Origin: a virus
DNA: 44,077 nucleotides
Virus genome (UHGV): UHGV-1969024
Reading direction: 5' to 3' (one strand)
Part shown: positions 1-10,608 of the stretch, one piece after another
Position numbering within the stretch: the first letter of the stretch is position 1
How the letters are laid out: each line of letters opens with the position of its first letter
The notes under the pieces: generated by a model
Told to the model about the DNA's origin: nothing
Seen by the model: only the letters and a program-made list of their open reading frames with translations
The model's database searches: none
Position numbers and translations under genes: made by a program

Positions 1-1797
1 ATCGCCATTTTTAATGCCCTGAAACATCACGGTGCCGCAATCACCGTTCACATAGATGGCCTGGCTGCCTCCATGGCTTCTGTCATCGCAATGGTGGGTA
101 ATCCGGTCATCATGCCGGAAAACACCATGATGATGATCCATAAGCCATGGGGCTTTGCCGGCGGCGATGCCAACGACATGCGCGACTACGCTGATTTGCT
201 GGATAAAGTTGAATCGGTCTTAATCCCCGCCTATGCAGCAAAAACCGGAAAAACCTCTGATGAGATTGCCGCAATGCTGGAAGACGAAACCTGGCTGGAT
301 GGCGCTGAATGCCTTGCCATGGGTTTTGCTGACCAGGTGATCCCATCCCTTCAGGCAATGGCCTGTATTCATTCAAAACGTATTGAGGAATTTGAAAAAA
401 TGCCAAACAGCATTCGTAATATGGTCACCCCGCCGCGTAATTCCACCCAGCGCGAACCGCAGCAGCCTGTACCACAACCTCAGGCACACCAACCTACCGC
501 CCCTCAGCCTGCCGCTGTGGATGAGAATGCTATCCGGGCGCAGGTTTATGCCGAACAGCGTAACCGTGTGAACGGGATTAATGATCTGTTTGCTATGTTC
601 GGCGGTAAGCACCAGGAGCTGCAAAACCAGTGTATTGCGGACCCCGATTGCACTGTGGAGCAGGCGAAAGATGTTCTGCTGGCTGCTCTGGGCAAGGCTG
701 CTACTCCATCGAACAAAAGCGAACAGCCGCACATTTATGCCGGGAACGGGAATTTTGTTGGCGATGGCATCCGCCAGGCGCTGATGGCCCGTGCAGGGTA
801 TGAAAATCAGGAGCGCGATAACGTGTACAACGGGATGACGCTACGTGAGTATGCGCGTATGGCACTGACGGAACGCGGTATCGGGGTCGCCAGTTACAAT
901 CCGATGCAGATGGTTGGCCTGGCATTGACTCACAGTACCTCTGATTTTGGCAATATTCTGCTCGACGTGGCGAATAAGGCGCTTCTGCAGGGGTGGGATG
1001 AGGCAGCAGAGACCTTTGATCTGTGGACGAAGAAAGGTCAGTTGTCTGATTTTAAAACTGCTCACCGCGTGGGAATGGGCGGTTTTAACTCCCTCCGCAA
1101 GGTTCGCGAAGGGGCTGAATATAAATATGTGACCACGGGCGATAAAGGCGAAACGATCGCACTGGCTACCTATGGGGAAATTTTCTCAATTACCCGCCAG
1201 GCGATTATCAACGATGATCTGAACGCATTGACTGACGTCCCGGCGAAAATGGGACGTGCTGCGAAAGCTACCATTGGTGATTTGGTATATGCGATTCTGC
1301 TGGATAACCCGAAACTGTCCGACGGCAAACCGCTGTTCCATGCCGATCACAAAAACCTCTCCTCTGGCGCCATTTCTGTTTCGAGCATTGATGATGCCCG
1401 CAAACTGATGCGCCTGCAGAAAGAAGGGGAACGATCGCTGAATATTCGTCCGGCTTACATGCTGGTGCCGGTAGGGCTCGAAACGATTGCCAGTCAGACC
1501 ATTAAATCGGCAAGCGTTAAGGGCGCAGATATTAACGCCGGGATCATTAACCCTATCCAGAACTTTGCCGAAGTGATTGCTGAAGCACGGCTGGATGACA
1601 AGGATCCGAACGCCTGGTACCTGGCCGCTGCGAAAGGCACCGATACCATCGAAGTAGCTTATCTGAATGGTGTTGACACGCCTTACATTGACCAGCAGGA
1701 AGGTTTCAATACCGACGGGATCGCCACGAAGGTGCGTATCGATGCGGGTGTTGCGCCGTTAGACTTCCGCGGCCTGGCGAAATCAACTGGCAAGTAA
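1..1797 (+). CDS. Continuation: protease-scaffold-major capsid fusion precursor (Gifsy-2-like head protein)
   Basis: Frame 1 is open from base 1 (IAIFNALKHHGAAITVHIDGLAASMAS...). GLAASMAS holds the catalytic Ser and MIHKPWG the catalytic His of a ClpP-like protease. A PQ-rich linker follows (PQQPVPQPQAHQPTAPQP). The C-terminal ~350 aa are capsid-like. No separate D/E-type capsid genes are present. Confidence 0.85.
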   Translation: MAIFNALKHHGAAITVHIDGLAASMASVIAMVGNPVIMPENTMMMIHKPWGFAGGDANDMRDYADLLDKVESVLIPAYAAKTGKTSDEIAAMLEDETWLDGAECLAMGFADQVIPSLQAMACIHSKRIEEFEKMPNSIRNMVTPPRNSTQREPQQPVPQPQAHQPTAPQPAAVDENAIRAQVYAEQRNRVNGINDLFAMFGGKHQELQNQCIADPDCTVEQAKDVLLAALGKAATPSNKSEQPHIYAGNGNFVGDGIRQALMARAGYENQERDNVYNGMTLREYARMALTERGIGVASYNPMQMVGLALTHSTSDFGNILLDVANKALLQGWDEAAETFDLWTKKGQLSDFKTAHRVGMGGFNSLRKVREGAEYKYVTTGDKGETIALATYGEIFSITRQAIINDDLNALTDVPAKMGRAAKATIGDLVYAILLDNPKLSDGKPLFHADHKNLSSGAISVSSIDDARKLMRLQKEGERSLNIRPAYMLVPVGLETIASQTIKSASVKGADINAGIINPIQNFAEVIAEARLDDKDPNAWYLAAAKGTDTIEVAYLNGVDTPYIDQQEGFNTDGIATKVRIDAGVAPLDFRGLAKSTGK

Positions 1798-1821
1798 TTC
1801 TCTGCCAACTCATATCTCATT

Positions 1822-1842
1822 AGCCCATCAGGGCTTTTTTTA
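1822..1842 (+). terminator. Rho-independent terminator/attenuator after the capsid gene
   Basis: agcccatcagggct hairpin followed by a T7 run. Confidence 0.5.
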
Positions 1843-1880
1843 TACCTGAAATCAGCCCTGCGGGGCTGCCAGGAGATGTT

Positions 1881-2207
1881 ATGGCTAAAAACTTTGTGCA
1901 GGAAGGAAAGACGATTCATCTGGTTAATGCCGGACAGGAACCGATTCTGAGTGGGGCAGCTGTTGTTGTCGGTGAGCTGATTGCTATCGCGATCACTGAT
2001 ATTCCCGGCGGCGATACTGGCGATGGTCTTACTGAAGGGGTATTCCAGCTGCCGAAGCTGCCCGCTGATGAAATTAAAGCGGGAAAGAAGGTGTATTTCA
2101 AGGCGGGCAAGGTACAGCTGGAAGCAACAGGCGCAGTTTTTGCTGGGGTTGCCTGGGAAGATGCGGGCGCAAACAGTACCGTCATTGACGTCAAGATCAA
2201 TGCCTAA
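1881..2207 (+). CDS. Small head protein, decoration-like (DUF2190-like)
   Basis: 108 aa starting MAKNFVQEGKTIHL. RBS aggaga upstream. Sits right after the capsid precursor, as in Gifsy-type heads. Confidence 0.5.
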   Translation: MAKNFVQEGKTIHLVNAGQEPILSGAAVVVGELIAIAITDIPGGDTGDGLTEGVFQLPKLPADEIKAGKKVYFKAGKVQLEATGAVFAGVAWEDAGANSTVIDVKINA

Positions 2208-2475
2208 CCCTTTCGACAAGATGGCGGCCCGGATGGATGCCGCCACCCTCAAAAAAATGGGCAAGGAAGCGGTCATTAACGGCATAAGCGTTGACGTCGT
2301 GCCTGCTGAGTTGCTGGAGGAGATGGGCGCACTTTCCGGAGCCGCCACGGTGCTGGTCGTGTTTGCTGCTGGTTATCGGCCCGCCAGAAACGATGCCGTG
2401 GAATATGACGGTAAAGACTGGATCGTTACCCGCTATCAGTTTTTTAACGGGAAGCCTCAAATCTGGCTGGAGTGA
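2200..2475 (+). CDS. Head-tail attachment protein (FII-like) candidate
   Basis: 92 aa from ATG at 2200, overlapping the previous stop by 8 nt. The ORF-track N-terminal extension (from 1981) overlaps the upstream gene and is rejected. Assigned by position between head and tail genes. Confidence 0.45.
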   Translation: MPNPFDKMAARMDAATLKKMGKEAVINGISVDVVPAELLEEMGALSGAATVLVVFAAGYRPARNDAVEYDGKDWIVTRYQFFNGKPQIWLE

Positions 2476-2478
2476 ATC

Positions 2479-3057
2479 ATGTCTCTGAAAGGTCTTGAGC
2501 GTGCTATCCAGAATCTGAACAGTCTGAGCCGACTGATGGTACCGACGGCTACCGCGCAGGCGCTTAACCGGGTTGCCGGGCGAACAATTACGCAAGGTAG
2601 CCGCAAGGTGGCGAAAGAGGCAACGGTTGGTGATAACCGCAAAAAAGGGTTGCCGGTGAGGCTGGTCCGGCAGCGGTCGCGTCTTAAGCGCGCGAAACCT
2701 GATCGTCTGGTGGCGGCCATTCGTATTAACAGAGGGAACCTGCCTGCAATCAAACTGGGTGCTGCACGGGTGCAGCTTTCGAGGCGAAAAGGCGAAAAAC
2801 GCGGGCGCGGGAGTGTGCTTCGTATTGGACCGTACATTTTCAAAAATGCATTTATCCAGCAGCTTGCGAACGGGCGGTGGCAGGTGATGCACCGTCTGGG
2901 TAAATCCCGCTACCCGATTGATGTTGTGAAAGTTCCTCTCGAAACCCCGTTAACCCAAAACTTCACCGCTATATCAAAGCAGCTTATCGACAGTGACATG
3001 CCGAAGGAGCTGTCGTCCGCGCTGAAAAATCAACTGAGGATCCACCTGAAGCGATGA
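2479..3057 (+). CDS. Z: Minor tail protein Z-like
   Basis: 192 aa, the same length as lambda gpZ, and basic. GGAG RBS. Lies in a translationally coupled string with U and V. Confidence 0.6.
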   Translation: MSLKGLERAIQNLNSLSRLMVPTATAQALNRVAGRTITQGSRKVAKEATVGDNRKKGLPVRLVRQRSRLKRAKPDRLVAAIRINRGNLPAIKLGAARVQLSRRKGEKRGRGSVLRIGPYIFKNAFIQQLANGRWQVMHRLGKSRYPIDVVKVPLETPLTQNFTAISKQLIDSDMPKELSSALKNQLRIHLKR

Positions 3058-3455
3058 GCAAACACACCGCTATTCGTCTTGCTGTTCTGGACCAGTTAAA
3101 GACGTCCATTCCGGACCGTGTGACATGGTTTGACGGACGCCCTGTCTTTCTGGAAGAGCAGGATCTACCGGCGCTCGCAGTCTATCTGACGGATGCCGAA
3201 TACACGGGAGAAAGCCTGGATGAGGATAGCTGGCAAGCAGTCCTTCATATCGAGGTATTTCTGAAATCCACCACGCCGGATAGCGCGCTGGATGCGTGGA
3301 TGGAAGAGAAGGTGTATCCGGCTCTTGAAACTATCCCGGCGCTATTTCCCTTAATCGAAACGATGATCCCCATGGGCTACGACTACCAGCGTGATGACGA
3401 AATGGCCACCTGGGGATCGGTCGATCTGACCTATACCCTCACTTATTTTAGATAA
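3054..3455 (+). CDS. U: Tail terminator protein U-like
   Basis: 133 aa (lambda U is 131 aa). ATGA start/stop overlap with Z. Confidence 0.6.
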   Translation: MSKHTAIRLAVLDQLKTSIPDRVTWFDGRPVFLEEQDLPALAVYLTDAEYTGESLDEDSWQAVLHIEVFLKSTTPDSALDAWMEEKVYPALETIPALFPLIETMIPMGYDYQRDDEMATWGSVDLTYTLTYFR

Positions 3456-3463
3456 GGAATTTT

Positions 3464-4207
3464 ATGGCAACTCCTAATCCAATGGCCCCGGTAAAAGGGG
3501 CTGGTACCACGCTCTGGCTGTATACCGGAACGGGGAACCCCTACGCTAACCCGCTTTCCGATGCTGACTGGCAGCGCCTGGCGAAAATTAAGGAACTGAC
3601 GCCGGGCGAAATGACGGCGGAGTCCTACGATGACACCTACCTTGACGATGAAAACGCAGACTGGACTGCGACAGCGCAGGGGGCAAAATCGGCAGGTGAT
3701 ACGTCTTTAACCCTGGCCTGGAAGCCAGGGGAAGAGGGGCAAAAGTCGCTGGTGGCCTGGTTTGTCGATGGCGATGTGCGGGCCTACAAAATTAAATACC
3801 CGAATGGCACCGTGGATGTGTTCAAAGGGTGGTGCAGTAGCCTGGGTAAAGCCATTCCCGCGAAGGAAGTGATCACCCGTACAGCCAAAATCACCAATAC
3901 CGGGAAACCTGAACTGGCGGAAGAAAGCGGTAATCCGCCGATCGCGGTGACCGGGATCAAACTCGATAAGGCAACGGCCAGCGTGGCAGTCGGCACCACC
4001 ACAACGCTAAATGTTACTTTCCTGCCTGCCAGCGCGTCGATGCAGTCGTTCCGCGCAGCGACCTCGGATAGCTCGAAAGCGAAGGTGGTCGTGAGTGGCA
4101 AATCTCTGATCGTCACCGGCGTGGCACCTGGTGCTGCCGACATTATTGTCATGAGTAATGACGGTAATTTTGTGGCGACCTGCAAAACCACCGTGACGGC
4201 TTCCTGA
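3464..4207 (+). CDS. V: Major tail protein V-like with C-terminal Ig-like (Big_2) domain
   Basis: 247 aa (lambda V is 246 aa). C-terminal [33 protein letters not shown]...[22 protein letters not shown] is a Big_2-type fold, as in gpV. Confidence 0.8.
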   Translation: MATPNPMAPVKGAGTTLWLYTGTGNPYANPLSDADWQRLAKIKELTPGEMTAESYDDTYLDDENADWTATAQGAKSAGDTSLTLAWKPGEEGQKSLVAWFVDGDVRAYKIKYPNGTVDVFKGWCSSLGKAIPAKEVITRTAKITNTGKPELAEESGNPPIAVTGIKLDKATASVAVGTTTTLNVTFLPASASMQSFRAATSDSSKAKVVVSGKSLIVTGVAPGAADIIVMSNDGNFVATCKTTVTAS

Positions 4208-4217
4208 TAACAGAGGA

Positions 4218-4646
4218 ATGAGCATGTTTCTGAAAAAAGACGAATTTACCCATAACGGCGCTACGGTGCCGATCACCGAATTGTCGGCATTGCAGCGCAT
4301 TACTTATCTCGAATATCTGGCCGCAGAAGAAAAAGCCTTATCCGCCATTTCTGATGACGTGGATGACCAGAAAATGTCCGCCGGGCTGATCAGTATGAGT
4401 ATCCGCGCAGGCGCGCGCCTGATTGCGCTCTCGCTCTGGCATAACGATCCTAAAGGGCCCTCTGAAGAGGAGCTCCACCAGCAGGTGATGAGTACCTGGC
4501 CGCCGGAAGCGATTGGCAAAGCGGAAATGCAGATCAAGCTGCTCTCCGGCATGCTGGCGCCGGTTGCCGAAGAAGAGCAATCTACGGATGAAGATATTGA
4601 TACCACCGTGCTGGGTGATGAACCTGTTACAGCGGAAAAGCCCTAG
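4218..4646 (+). CDS. G: Tail assembly chaperone G
   Basis: 142 aa, acidic C terminus, immediately before the tape measure. A -1 frame ORF overlaps its 3-prime end. Confidence 0.75.
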   Translation: MSMFLKKDEFTHNGATVPITELSALQRITYLEYLAAEEKALSAISDDVDDQKMSAGLISMSIRAGARLIALSLWHNDPKGPSEEELHQQVMSTWPPEAIGKAEMQIKLLSGMLAPVAEEEQSTDEDIDTTVLGDEPVTAEKP

Positions 4647-4981
4647 CCAGCGAGCTTGATTTTGTCCTGAAGCTGGCGCGCGAGTTCGGGCGACCTGACT
4701 GGCGCGCCATGCTTGCTGGCATGACGTCCTCCGAGCTGGGCGACTGGCATCACTTTTACCGGGAGCGTTTTTTTCAGGACGCGCAGCTCGATGCCCACTT
4801 CTCCGGGCTGCTTTACACCATTTCAACCTTCTTATACCGGGATCCGGACATCACCCCTGCACACTTCAGCCTGCTGTCTCCCTCCGCTGAGGCTGCAGCG
4901 GATAATATACAGGACGATGAAGCCATGATGCTGGCCGCGGAGGGAATTACAGGAGGCACCAGATATGGCCCAGCAGATTAG
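4218..4981 (+). CDS. GT: Tail assembly chaperone GT fusion made by -1 programmed ribosomal frameshift
   Basis: Frame 2 is open from 4622 to 4981 and overlaps the G C terminus. The conserved G/GT arrangement of long-tailed phages. T ORF ends 17 nt into the tape-measure gene. Confidence 0.6.
4634..4640 (+). promoter_or_regulatory. Putative -1 frameshift slippery heptamer GGAAAAG
   Basis: Zero-frame codons GAA AAG become GGA AAA in the -1 frame. It lies inside the 22-nt overlap window (4622..4643), 4 nt before the G stop. Lambda uses GGGAAAG. Confidence 0.45.
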
Positions 4982-7900
4982 CGACCTTGTCATTAACCTG
5001 GATGTCGACAGCGCCACATTCACCGAACAGATTGCCAGGATTAAGGGGCAACTGTCCGGTGTGGCGAATGAGTCGGAAAAAGTGCAGACGCGCATGCGCA
5101 GTGCGGCAGAGGCGCAAATCACCGCGCTTAAAACGACCTGCGATGCCGGTGCCGGCGCCGTGTCCGATATGCAGAGGCGGCAGGCGGATGCCGCCGCCGG
5201 GCTTCAGAACGAATTGCAGCGGGTCTCCAAATCGGTCGATGAGACTTACCAGCGCGTCACCGGGTTAAACCAGCGTTATCGGGAGAACGACGCTCAGGCA
5301 GAGGCGCTGGCGCGGCGGCAGGATGCGCTGGCGGAATCGTTCTTTCGGCAGATAGATGGCGTTCGATCCCTCAGTGGTGAAACACGGTCGCTGGCCAGTG
5401 TACAGGAACAATTCCGCAAGGCCCGCGCGCAGGGGAACATCACTCAGGGTGATTATCTCTCCCTGATTTCCCGCACTACGGCACGGCAGAAAGAACTCCA
5501 GCAGGTTGAGGAAAAAGCGAACCAGGCGCGCGAAAAATTTCTTCGCCAGCTTAAGGCCCAGGTGGTCGAACAAAAACTATCTGGTACTGAGCTGTTGAGA
5601 ATGAAAGCCGCGCAGGTAGGCGCCAGCGATGCTGCTGAAGTTTATATCCGCAAACTGGAAGCGGCAAAGGTCGCAACGCACAGCCTTGGTTTCGAGAGCG
5701 CCGGTGCACGTCGGGAGCTTGGTGTTCTGGCTGGAGAGTTATTGCGGGGCAACTTCGGCGCTCTGCGTGGCTCCGGGATAACCCTGGCGAATCAGGCCGG
5801 GTGGCTCGAAAAAATGATGACGCTACGCGGACTGGGGATCGCTGGCGTGGTCGGTGGCATAGCAGCATCCGTCGTTCTGCTGGGAAAGGCGTGGTACGAG
5901 GGCGGGAAGGAAGCCGAGGAGTTTAACAAACAGCTCATTCTCACCGGGAACTATGCCGGTAAAACCTCGGGACAACTGCAGGCGCTGGCACGGAACATCT
6001 CAGGAAATGGAGTCACTCAGCACGCCGCGGCAGCCGTATTAGCGCAGGTTGTGGGAAGCGGGGTATTCGGCGGCGCCGACGTCGAACGGATTGCCAATGT
6101 GGCTGCGAGGCTTCAACAGGCTACCGGCCAGGCTGTGGATGAAACCATTAACCAGTTTAAGCGGCTAAAAGAAGATCCGGTTAATGCGGTCGCAACGCTG
6201 AATGAATCTCTGCATTTTCTGACCGCAAGTCAGTTTGAGCAGATTTCAGCTGCTCAGGCGATGGGCGATTCTCAACGCGCTGCCGAGCTCGCGATGCGCG
6301 CATATTCAGATGCTGTTATCCAGCGCGCAAATGCAGTAAAGGACAACCTGGGAACGCTGGAAACGGCGTGGAACTGGGTTAAAAATGCCGCCAGCGGCGC
6401 CTGGGATGCCATGATGGGCATTGGTCGTAATCCTGATGCGGCCATGAAGCGGCAGGGGGCTTTTGCAGAATGGCAGGCCGCGGAAAAAGAACGCCGTCAA
6501 CTGGCCGCCAATCTAAACGTCGATCCCAACTATTCCGGTAATAACCCCCTCATTAAGGCTGATGCAGAACGTTTGCGTATTGCCACTCAACGTGCTGAGT
6601 TGCTGAAACAAACTTATGATGAGGCCGATAAAGCATACGCTAAGGAAGGTTTAGCCGCGGCACGCGAGAAGCTGCGTAACGAACAACAACAGCAAGCCAT
6701 CAGGAACCAGCAGCAGTTTAATCAACTTCTGGAAGCAGGCCTCAAGCCAGCAGAAAGACGGGCTCGCGCCCAGGCCGAATTTAATAAGCTCGTTGAGAAA
6801 AACAAGCAAGATGCGATCGATGGGATTGCCACCCGCTGGACAGCCAGCGATATAGAAAAAATCCGCGCAAGTATTGATGCCAGGTACAAAGACCCTAAAA
6901 CCCCGAAAGGGAGGCAGTACACAACACCCGCCGGGAGTAAAGCAGAGGAAGGGGCCCAGGCCGAATTACTGACCCTGCAGGCTCAGTTGAAAACCCTCCA
7001 GCAGCATACAGACGTCAACGACGTGATCAGTAAGCAACGTCGGGATCTCTGGCAGGCAGAAAATCAGTATGCTGTTTTGCAGGAAGCGGCCGGCCGCCGC
7101 CAGCTCTCCGCCCAGGAAAAATCACTGCTGGCCCACAAAAACGAAACCCTGGAATACAAACGTCAGCTGGCAGATCTCGGTGATAAGGTCGCCCGGCAGC
7201 AGAAGCTGAATAATCTGGCAGATCAGGCCAATAAATTCGCTCAGCAGCAGAGTTCGATCCGGGCGGGGATCAAGGCTCAGGCCGACGGACTTTCCGGTAG
7301 GGAAGCGAACAGAAGAAGCACGCTTGAAAAGCTGAGTGAAACGTACGCCTTCAATCCTGGTGCGCAGCGCAAGGTGCTGGAGGAACAGCAAGCCACCTAT
7401 GAAGCCGAGGACGCATTGCGCGGTAACTGGCTGGCCGGCGCCAAACAGGGCTGGGCAGAGTATCAGGATTCCGCCACTAATGTATTTTCCTCTGTTCAAC
7501 AAATATCCCAGGCTACCTTCGGGGGGCTGGCAAATCAGCTGACATTGCTGAATACCACCGGCAAAGCGAGTTTTAAGGAATTCACCACATCCATTCTGAA
7601 GATGATCGCTCAGGTCATCGATCAGCTTATTGTGGCCTATACCTTTCAGGCTGCAATGGGGTGGATCAGCGGCGGGAGCAATTCTTCAAATTCTGGTCAG
7701 TCTTTTGCCGTTCCTTCCTATCGTCCCTCTGGCTTTGATGGTGGTGGTTATACCGGGCATGGTGGTAAGTACGAGCCCGCGGGGGTTGTCCACCGCGGCG
7801 AATTCGTTTTCACCAAAGAGGCAACCAGCCGCATCGGCGTGAGCAACCTGTACCGGATGATGCGTGGTTATGCTTCAGGCGGGTATGTTGGTGCTGGTGG

Positions 7901-8108
7901 TGCGCCTGCAGGTGTATTCGCAGGCGGCGTGAATGTCTATGCGCCTGTCAGCGTGACAACACAGCAGACTGGAAACAATCTGCAGCAGGGTAATTCTGAT
8001 TCTGTCGGAAAAGCTTATCAGCAGGTTGTAAATCGATCCGTGCAGGATGGGATAGCCAAAGCGCTGCGTCCGGGTGGACTTATCTGGAATGCAACTAACC
8101 GGAGGTAA
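4965..8108 (+). CDS. H: Tail tape measure protein (H-like)
   Basis: 1047 aa, Ala/Gln-rich and helical, with a GG-rich C terminus. Position is after GT. Confidence 0.9.
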   Translation: MAQQISDLVINLDVDSATFTEQIARIKGQLSGVANESEKVQTRMRSAAEAQITALKTTCDAGAGAVSDMQRRQADAAAGLQNELQRVSKSVDETYQRVTGLNQRYRENDAQAEALARRQDALAESFFRQIDGVRSLSGETRSLASVQEQFRKARAQGNITQGDYLSLISRTTARQKELQQVEEKANQAREKFLRQLKAQVVEQKLSGTELLRMKAAQVGASDAAEVYIRKLEAAKVATHSLGFESAGARRELGVLAGELLRGNFGALRGSGITLANQAGWLEKMMTLRGLGIAGVVGGIAASVVLLGKAWYEGGKEAEEFNKQLILTGNYAGKTSGQLQALARNISGNGVTQHAAAAVLAQVVGSGVFGGADVERIANVAARLQQATGQAVDETINQFKRLKEDPVNAVATLNESLHFLTASQFEQISAAQAMGDSQRAAELAMRAYSDAVIQRANAVKDNLGTLETAWNWVKNAASGAWDAMMGIGRNPDAAMKRQGAFAEWQAAEKERRQLAANLNVDPNYSGNNPLIKADAERLRIATQRAELLKQTYDEADKAYAKEGLAAAREKLRNEQQQQAIRNQQQFNQLLEAGLKPAERRARAQAEFNKLVEKNKQDAIDGIATRWTASDIEKIRASIDARYKDPKTPKGRQYTTPAGSKAEEGAQAELLTLQAQLKTLQQHTDVNDVISKQRRDLWQAENQYAVLQEAAGRRQLSAQEKSLLAHKNETLEYKRQLADLGDKVARQQKLNNLADQANKFAQQQSSIRAGIKAQADGLSGREANRRSTLEKLSETYAFNPGAQRKVLEEQQATYEAEDALRGNWLAGAKQGWAEYQDSATNVFSSVQQISQATFGGLANQLTLLNTTGKASFKEFTTSILKMIAQVIDQLIVAYTFQAAMGWISGGSNSSNSGQSFAVPSYRPSGFDGGGYTGHGGKYEPAGVVHRGEFVFTKEATSRIGVSNLYRMMRGYASGGYVGAGGAPAGVFAGGVNVYAPVSVTTQQTGNNLQQGNSDSVGKAYQQVVNRSVQDGIAKALRPGGLIWNATNRR

Positions 8109-8112
8109 TATT

Positions 8113-8460
8113 ATGGCAATTGAAACATTCGCCTGGCGTATTCAGGCAGCCAGTCAACCTACGTTAAAAAGCAAAGATAATATCCGGAGGGTTCAATTTG
8201 GTGATGGCTATGCACAGGTATCCGGGAACGGCATAAATAATGAAACACTGAGTTATGAGTTCTCTTTTTCTGGCGACCCGGATACTGCTCTGGAAATTTA
8301 TAAATTTTTGCGTCGTCACAAAACCAAGGCGTTTTCTTTTAAACCGCCAGGTGGTGAATTAGCGTTGTGGCGGGTTCAGGCCGACAGCCTGCAAAAAGTT
8401 ATTCAGGGAAAGAAAGTCATCACCATTACTGCAACGTTTGAACAGGCATTCGTACCATGA
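8113..8460 (+). CDS. M: Minor tail protein M
   Basis: 115 aa from the ATG after RBS ggaggtaatatt. The earlier ORF-track start overlaps H. Confidence 0.8.
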   Translation: MAIETFAWRIQAASQPTLKSKDNIRRVQFGDGYAQVSGNGINNETLSYEFSFSGDPDTALEIYKFLRRHKTKAFSFKPPGGELALWRVQADSLQKVIQGKKVITITATFEQAFVP

Positions 8461-9212
8461 GTCTTCACGCTGATTATCAGAAACTGGAGCCGGGAGATGA
8501 AATCCGGCTATTCGAAATTGACGGAAGTGCTTTTAATATGGGTGATATTTTATATTTTCACGGATATAACATACCCCATACCGAAGCGGAAATTGTGGCT
8601 GCTGGTGGCGATGAATCGAAGCTACCGGCCAAAAGCATCTGGTGGCAGGGCATCGAATATAAAGCATGGCCTTGTGAATTAGAGGGGATCGAATCCTCGA
8701 CTTCAGGAAGCGACGCGCAGCCGACACTGAGGGTAGGCAACATTGATGGTTCGATTTCCGCGCTCTGTCTTCATTACGACGATCTGGCTCTGGCGCGGGT
8801 TGTCATCCACGATACGCAAAAACAGTATCTCGATGCGAAGAACTTTCCGGACGGGAATGCTTCAGCTGATCCGACACAGGAGAAACGGCGCCTTTTCTTC
8901 ATCGACGTAAAGCATTATGAAGACGATGAGAAGGTGGAATTTACTCTCTCCAGCCCGTTTGCCCTGCAGGGGATGATGATCCCCACTCGCCAGCTGCATG
9001 CGATTTGCAGCTGGTGTATTCGCAATCAGTACCGCAGTGGTAACGGGTGCGATTATGCCGGCACCCGGTATTTTGACAGGAACAATCAGCCAGTTGATGA
9101 CCCGTCGCAGGATGTCTGCCCCGGCACGCTCACGGCCTGCAAATTACGTCATGGTGAGAATAGTGAACTGCCGTTTGGCGGGTTCCCTGGCACCTCATTA
9201 ATCAGGAGCTGA
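8457..9212 (+). CDS. L: Minor tail protein L (Fe-S cluster cysteines)
   Basis: 251 aa. C-terminal Cys cluster CSWC...C...C...C, as in gpL. Confidence 0.85.
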   Translation: MSLHADYQKLEPGDEIRLFEIDGSAFNMGDILYFHGYNIPHTEAEIVAAGGDESKLPAKSIWWQGIEYKAWPCELEGIESSTSGSDAQPTLRVGNIDGSISALCLHYDDLALARVVIHDTQKQYLDAKNFPDGNASADPTQEKRRLFFIDVKHYEDDEKVEFTLSSPFALQGMMIPTRQLHAICSWCIRNQYRSGNGCDYAGTRYFDRNNQPVDDPSQDVCPGTLTACKLRHGENSELPFGGFPGTSLIRS

Positions 9213-9213
9213 T

Positions 9214-9924
9214 ATGCGTCAGAAAACGATTAAGGCCATCCAGGAACATGCCGCCGCAGAATATCCGCGCGAGGCCTGCGGCCTTGTCGCCCAGAGGGGC
9301 CGGGCGGAGCGTTATTTCCCCTGCCGGAACCTGGCCACAGAGTCGAAAGATAATTTTGTGCTGGCGCCGGAGGATTATGCGGAGGTTGAGGAATGGGGAG
9401 CGATCACCGGTATTGTTCACAGCCATCCTGATGCCACCACCCAGCCGAGCGAACTGGATAAAGCACAATGCGACACGACCCTTCTCCCCTGGCATATTAT
9501 CAGCTGGCCAGAAGGCGATCTCCGTACCATTCACCCGCGTGGTGAGTTGCCGCTCCTCGAGCGACCATTCGTGCTGGGCCACTACGATTGCTGGGGCCTG
9601 GTGATGAGCTATTTTCGGCAAACCCACGGCATCGAGCTGCACGATTACCGCGTCGACTATCCGTGGTGGGAAAAGGAGTATCCCGATAATTTTTATCAGG
9701 ACTGCTGGTATGAATGCGGGTTCCGTGAGTTTGATGGTCCACCGCAACCGGGTGATATGGTTATCATGCAGGTGCAGGCGGATAAGTGGAACCACGCCGG
9801 GATTTTGCTGGAAGGGAACATGCTACTTCACCATTTGTATGGTCACCTGAGTCAGCGCGTGCCCTATGGCGGGTACTGGCAGGAAAGAACAATGAAAATC
9901 GTCAGGTATTTTTCACTATGTTAA
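9214..9924 (+). CDS. K: Tail tip assembly protein K (MPN/JAB + NlpC/P60 domains)
   Basis: N-terminal EYPREACGLV...HSHPD JAB motif. C-terminal Cys/His NlpC/P60-like region. Confidence 0.85.
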   Translation: MRQKTIKAIQEHAAAEYPREACGLVAQRGRAERYFPCRNLATESKDNFVLAPEDYAEVEEWGAITGIVHSHPDATTQPSELDKAQCDTTLLPWHIISWPEGDLRTIHPRGELPLLERPFVLGHYDCWGLVMSYFRQTHGIELHDYRVDYPWWEKEYPDNFYQDCWYECGFREFDGPPQPGDMVIMQVQADKWNHAGILLEGNMLLHHLYGHLSQRVPYGGYWQERTMKIVRYFSLC

Positions 9925-9955
9925 TGAACCTCACGGTAAGTTTGGGAGCGGGATA

Positions 9956-10546
9956 ATGCATGAAGTTATGATGCGAATTGAACTGAACGGGCCGTTGGGG
10001 AAACGGTTTGGGAAAATTCATCACCGACTTATTTCCACCACTAAAGAGGCGGTGGTGGCGCTGGCAAAAACAATTCCTGGATTTGAAAAGTTCATGATCA
10101 CCAGCGAAGACCGTGGATTAACCTATGCGATATTTCAGGATGAAAAAAATATAGGGCTGGATGATCTTGGTTTTCCTGTGAAGGGTGACGTGATACGGAT
10201 AACGCCGGTTGTTATCGGGAGTAAAAAGGCGGGGCTTTTACAAACTATTCTCGGTGCAGTCCTTGTTGTTGTGGGGGTCATTTCCACATTCACTCCGGCT
10301 AATGCGGCCGCACCATATCTTTATAGTACAGGAGCATCAATGATGCTCGGCGGCGTCGTTCAGATGCTTTCCCCACAGCCAGCAGGCCTGGCACGAAAAG
10401 AATCCGCTGACAATAAAGCGTCCTACGCCTTTGGGGGCGTGACGAATACTGCCTCTCAGGGATATCCGGTCCCTTTGCTTTATGGCAAACGCCGAATTGG
10501 CGGCGCCATTATATCAGCCGGTATTTACACAGAAGATCAGCAATAA
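9956..10546 (+). CDS. I: Tail assembly protein I
   Basis: 196 aa. Gly/Ala-rich hydrophobic C-terminal half (ILGAVLVVVGVISTF...GASMMLGGVVQML...LLYGKRRIGG) matches the lambda gpI pattern. Confidence 0.8.
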   Translation: MHEVMMRIELNGPLGKRFGKIHHRLISTTKEAVVALAKTIPGFEKFMITSEDRGLTYAIFQDEKNIGLDDLGFPVKGDVIRITPVVIGSKKAGLLQTILGAVLVVVGVISTFTPANAAAPYLYSTGASMMLGGVVQMLSPQPAGLARKESADNKASYAFGGVTNTASQGYPVPLLYGKRRIGGAIISAGIYTEDQQ

Positions 10547-10574
10547 GTTTTATTCAGTAAACCATCCAGTTCAG

Positions 10575-10597
10575 GCCACCTTGCGGTGGCTTTTTTT
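10575..10597 (+). terminator. Rho-independent terminator/attenuator upstream of J
   Basis: gccaccttgcggtggc hairpin followed by T7. Confidence 0.5.
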
Positions 10598-10608
10598 ATG
10601 GGCGTAAT

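Noticed and set aside
1981-2475. 164-aa ORF-track call with a long N-terminal extension
   Set aside because: The extension overlaps the preceding decoration-like gene out of frame. The real start is the ATG at 2200, which gives a plausible 92-aa protein.
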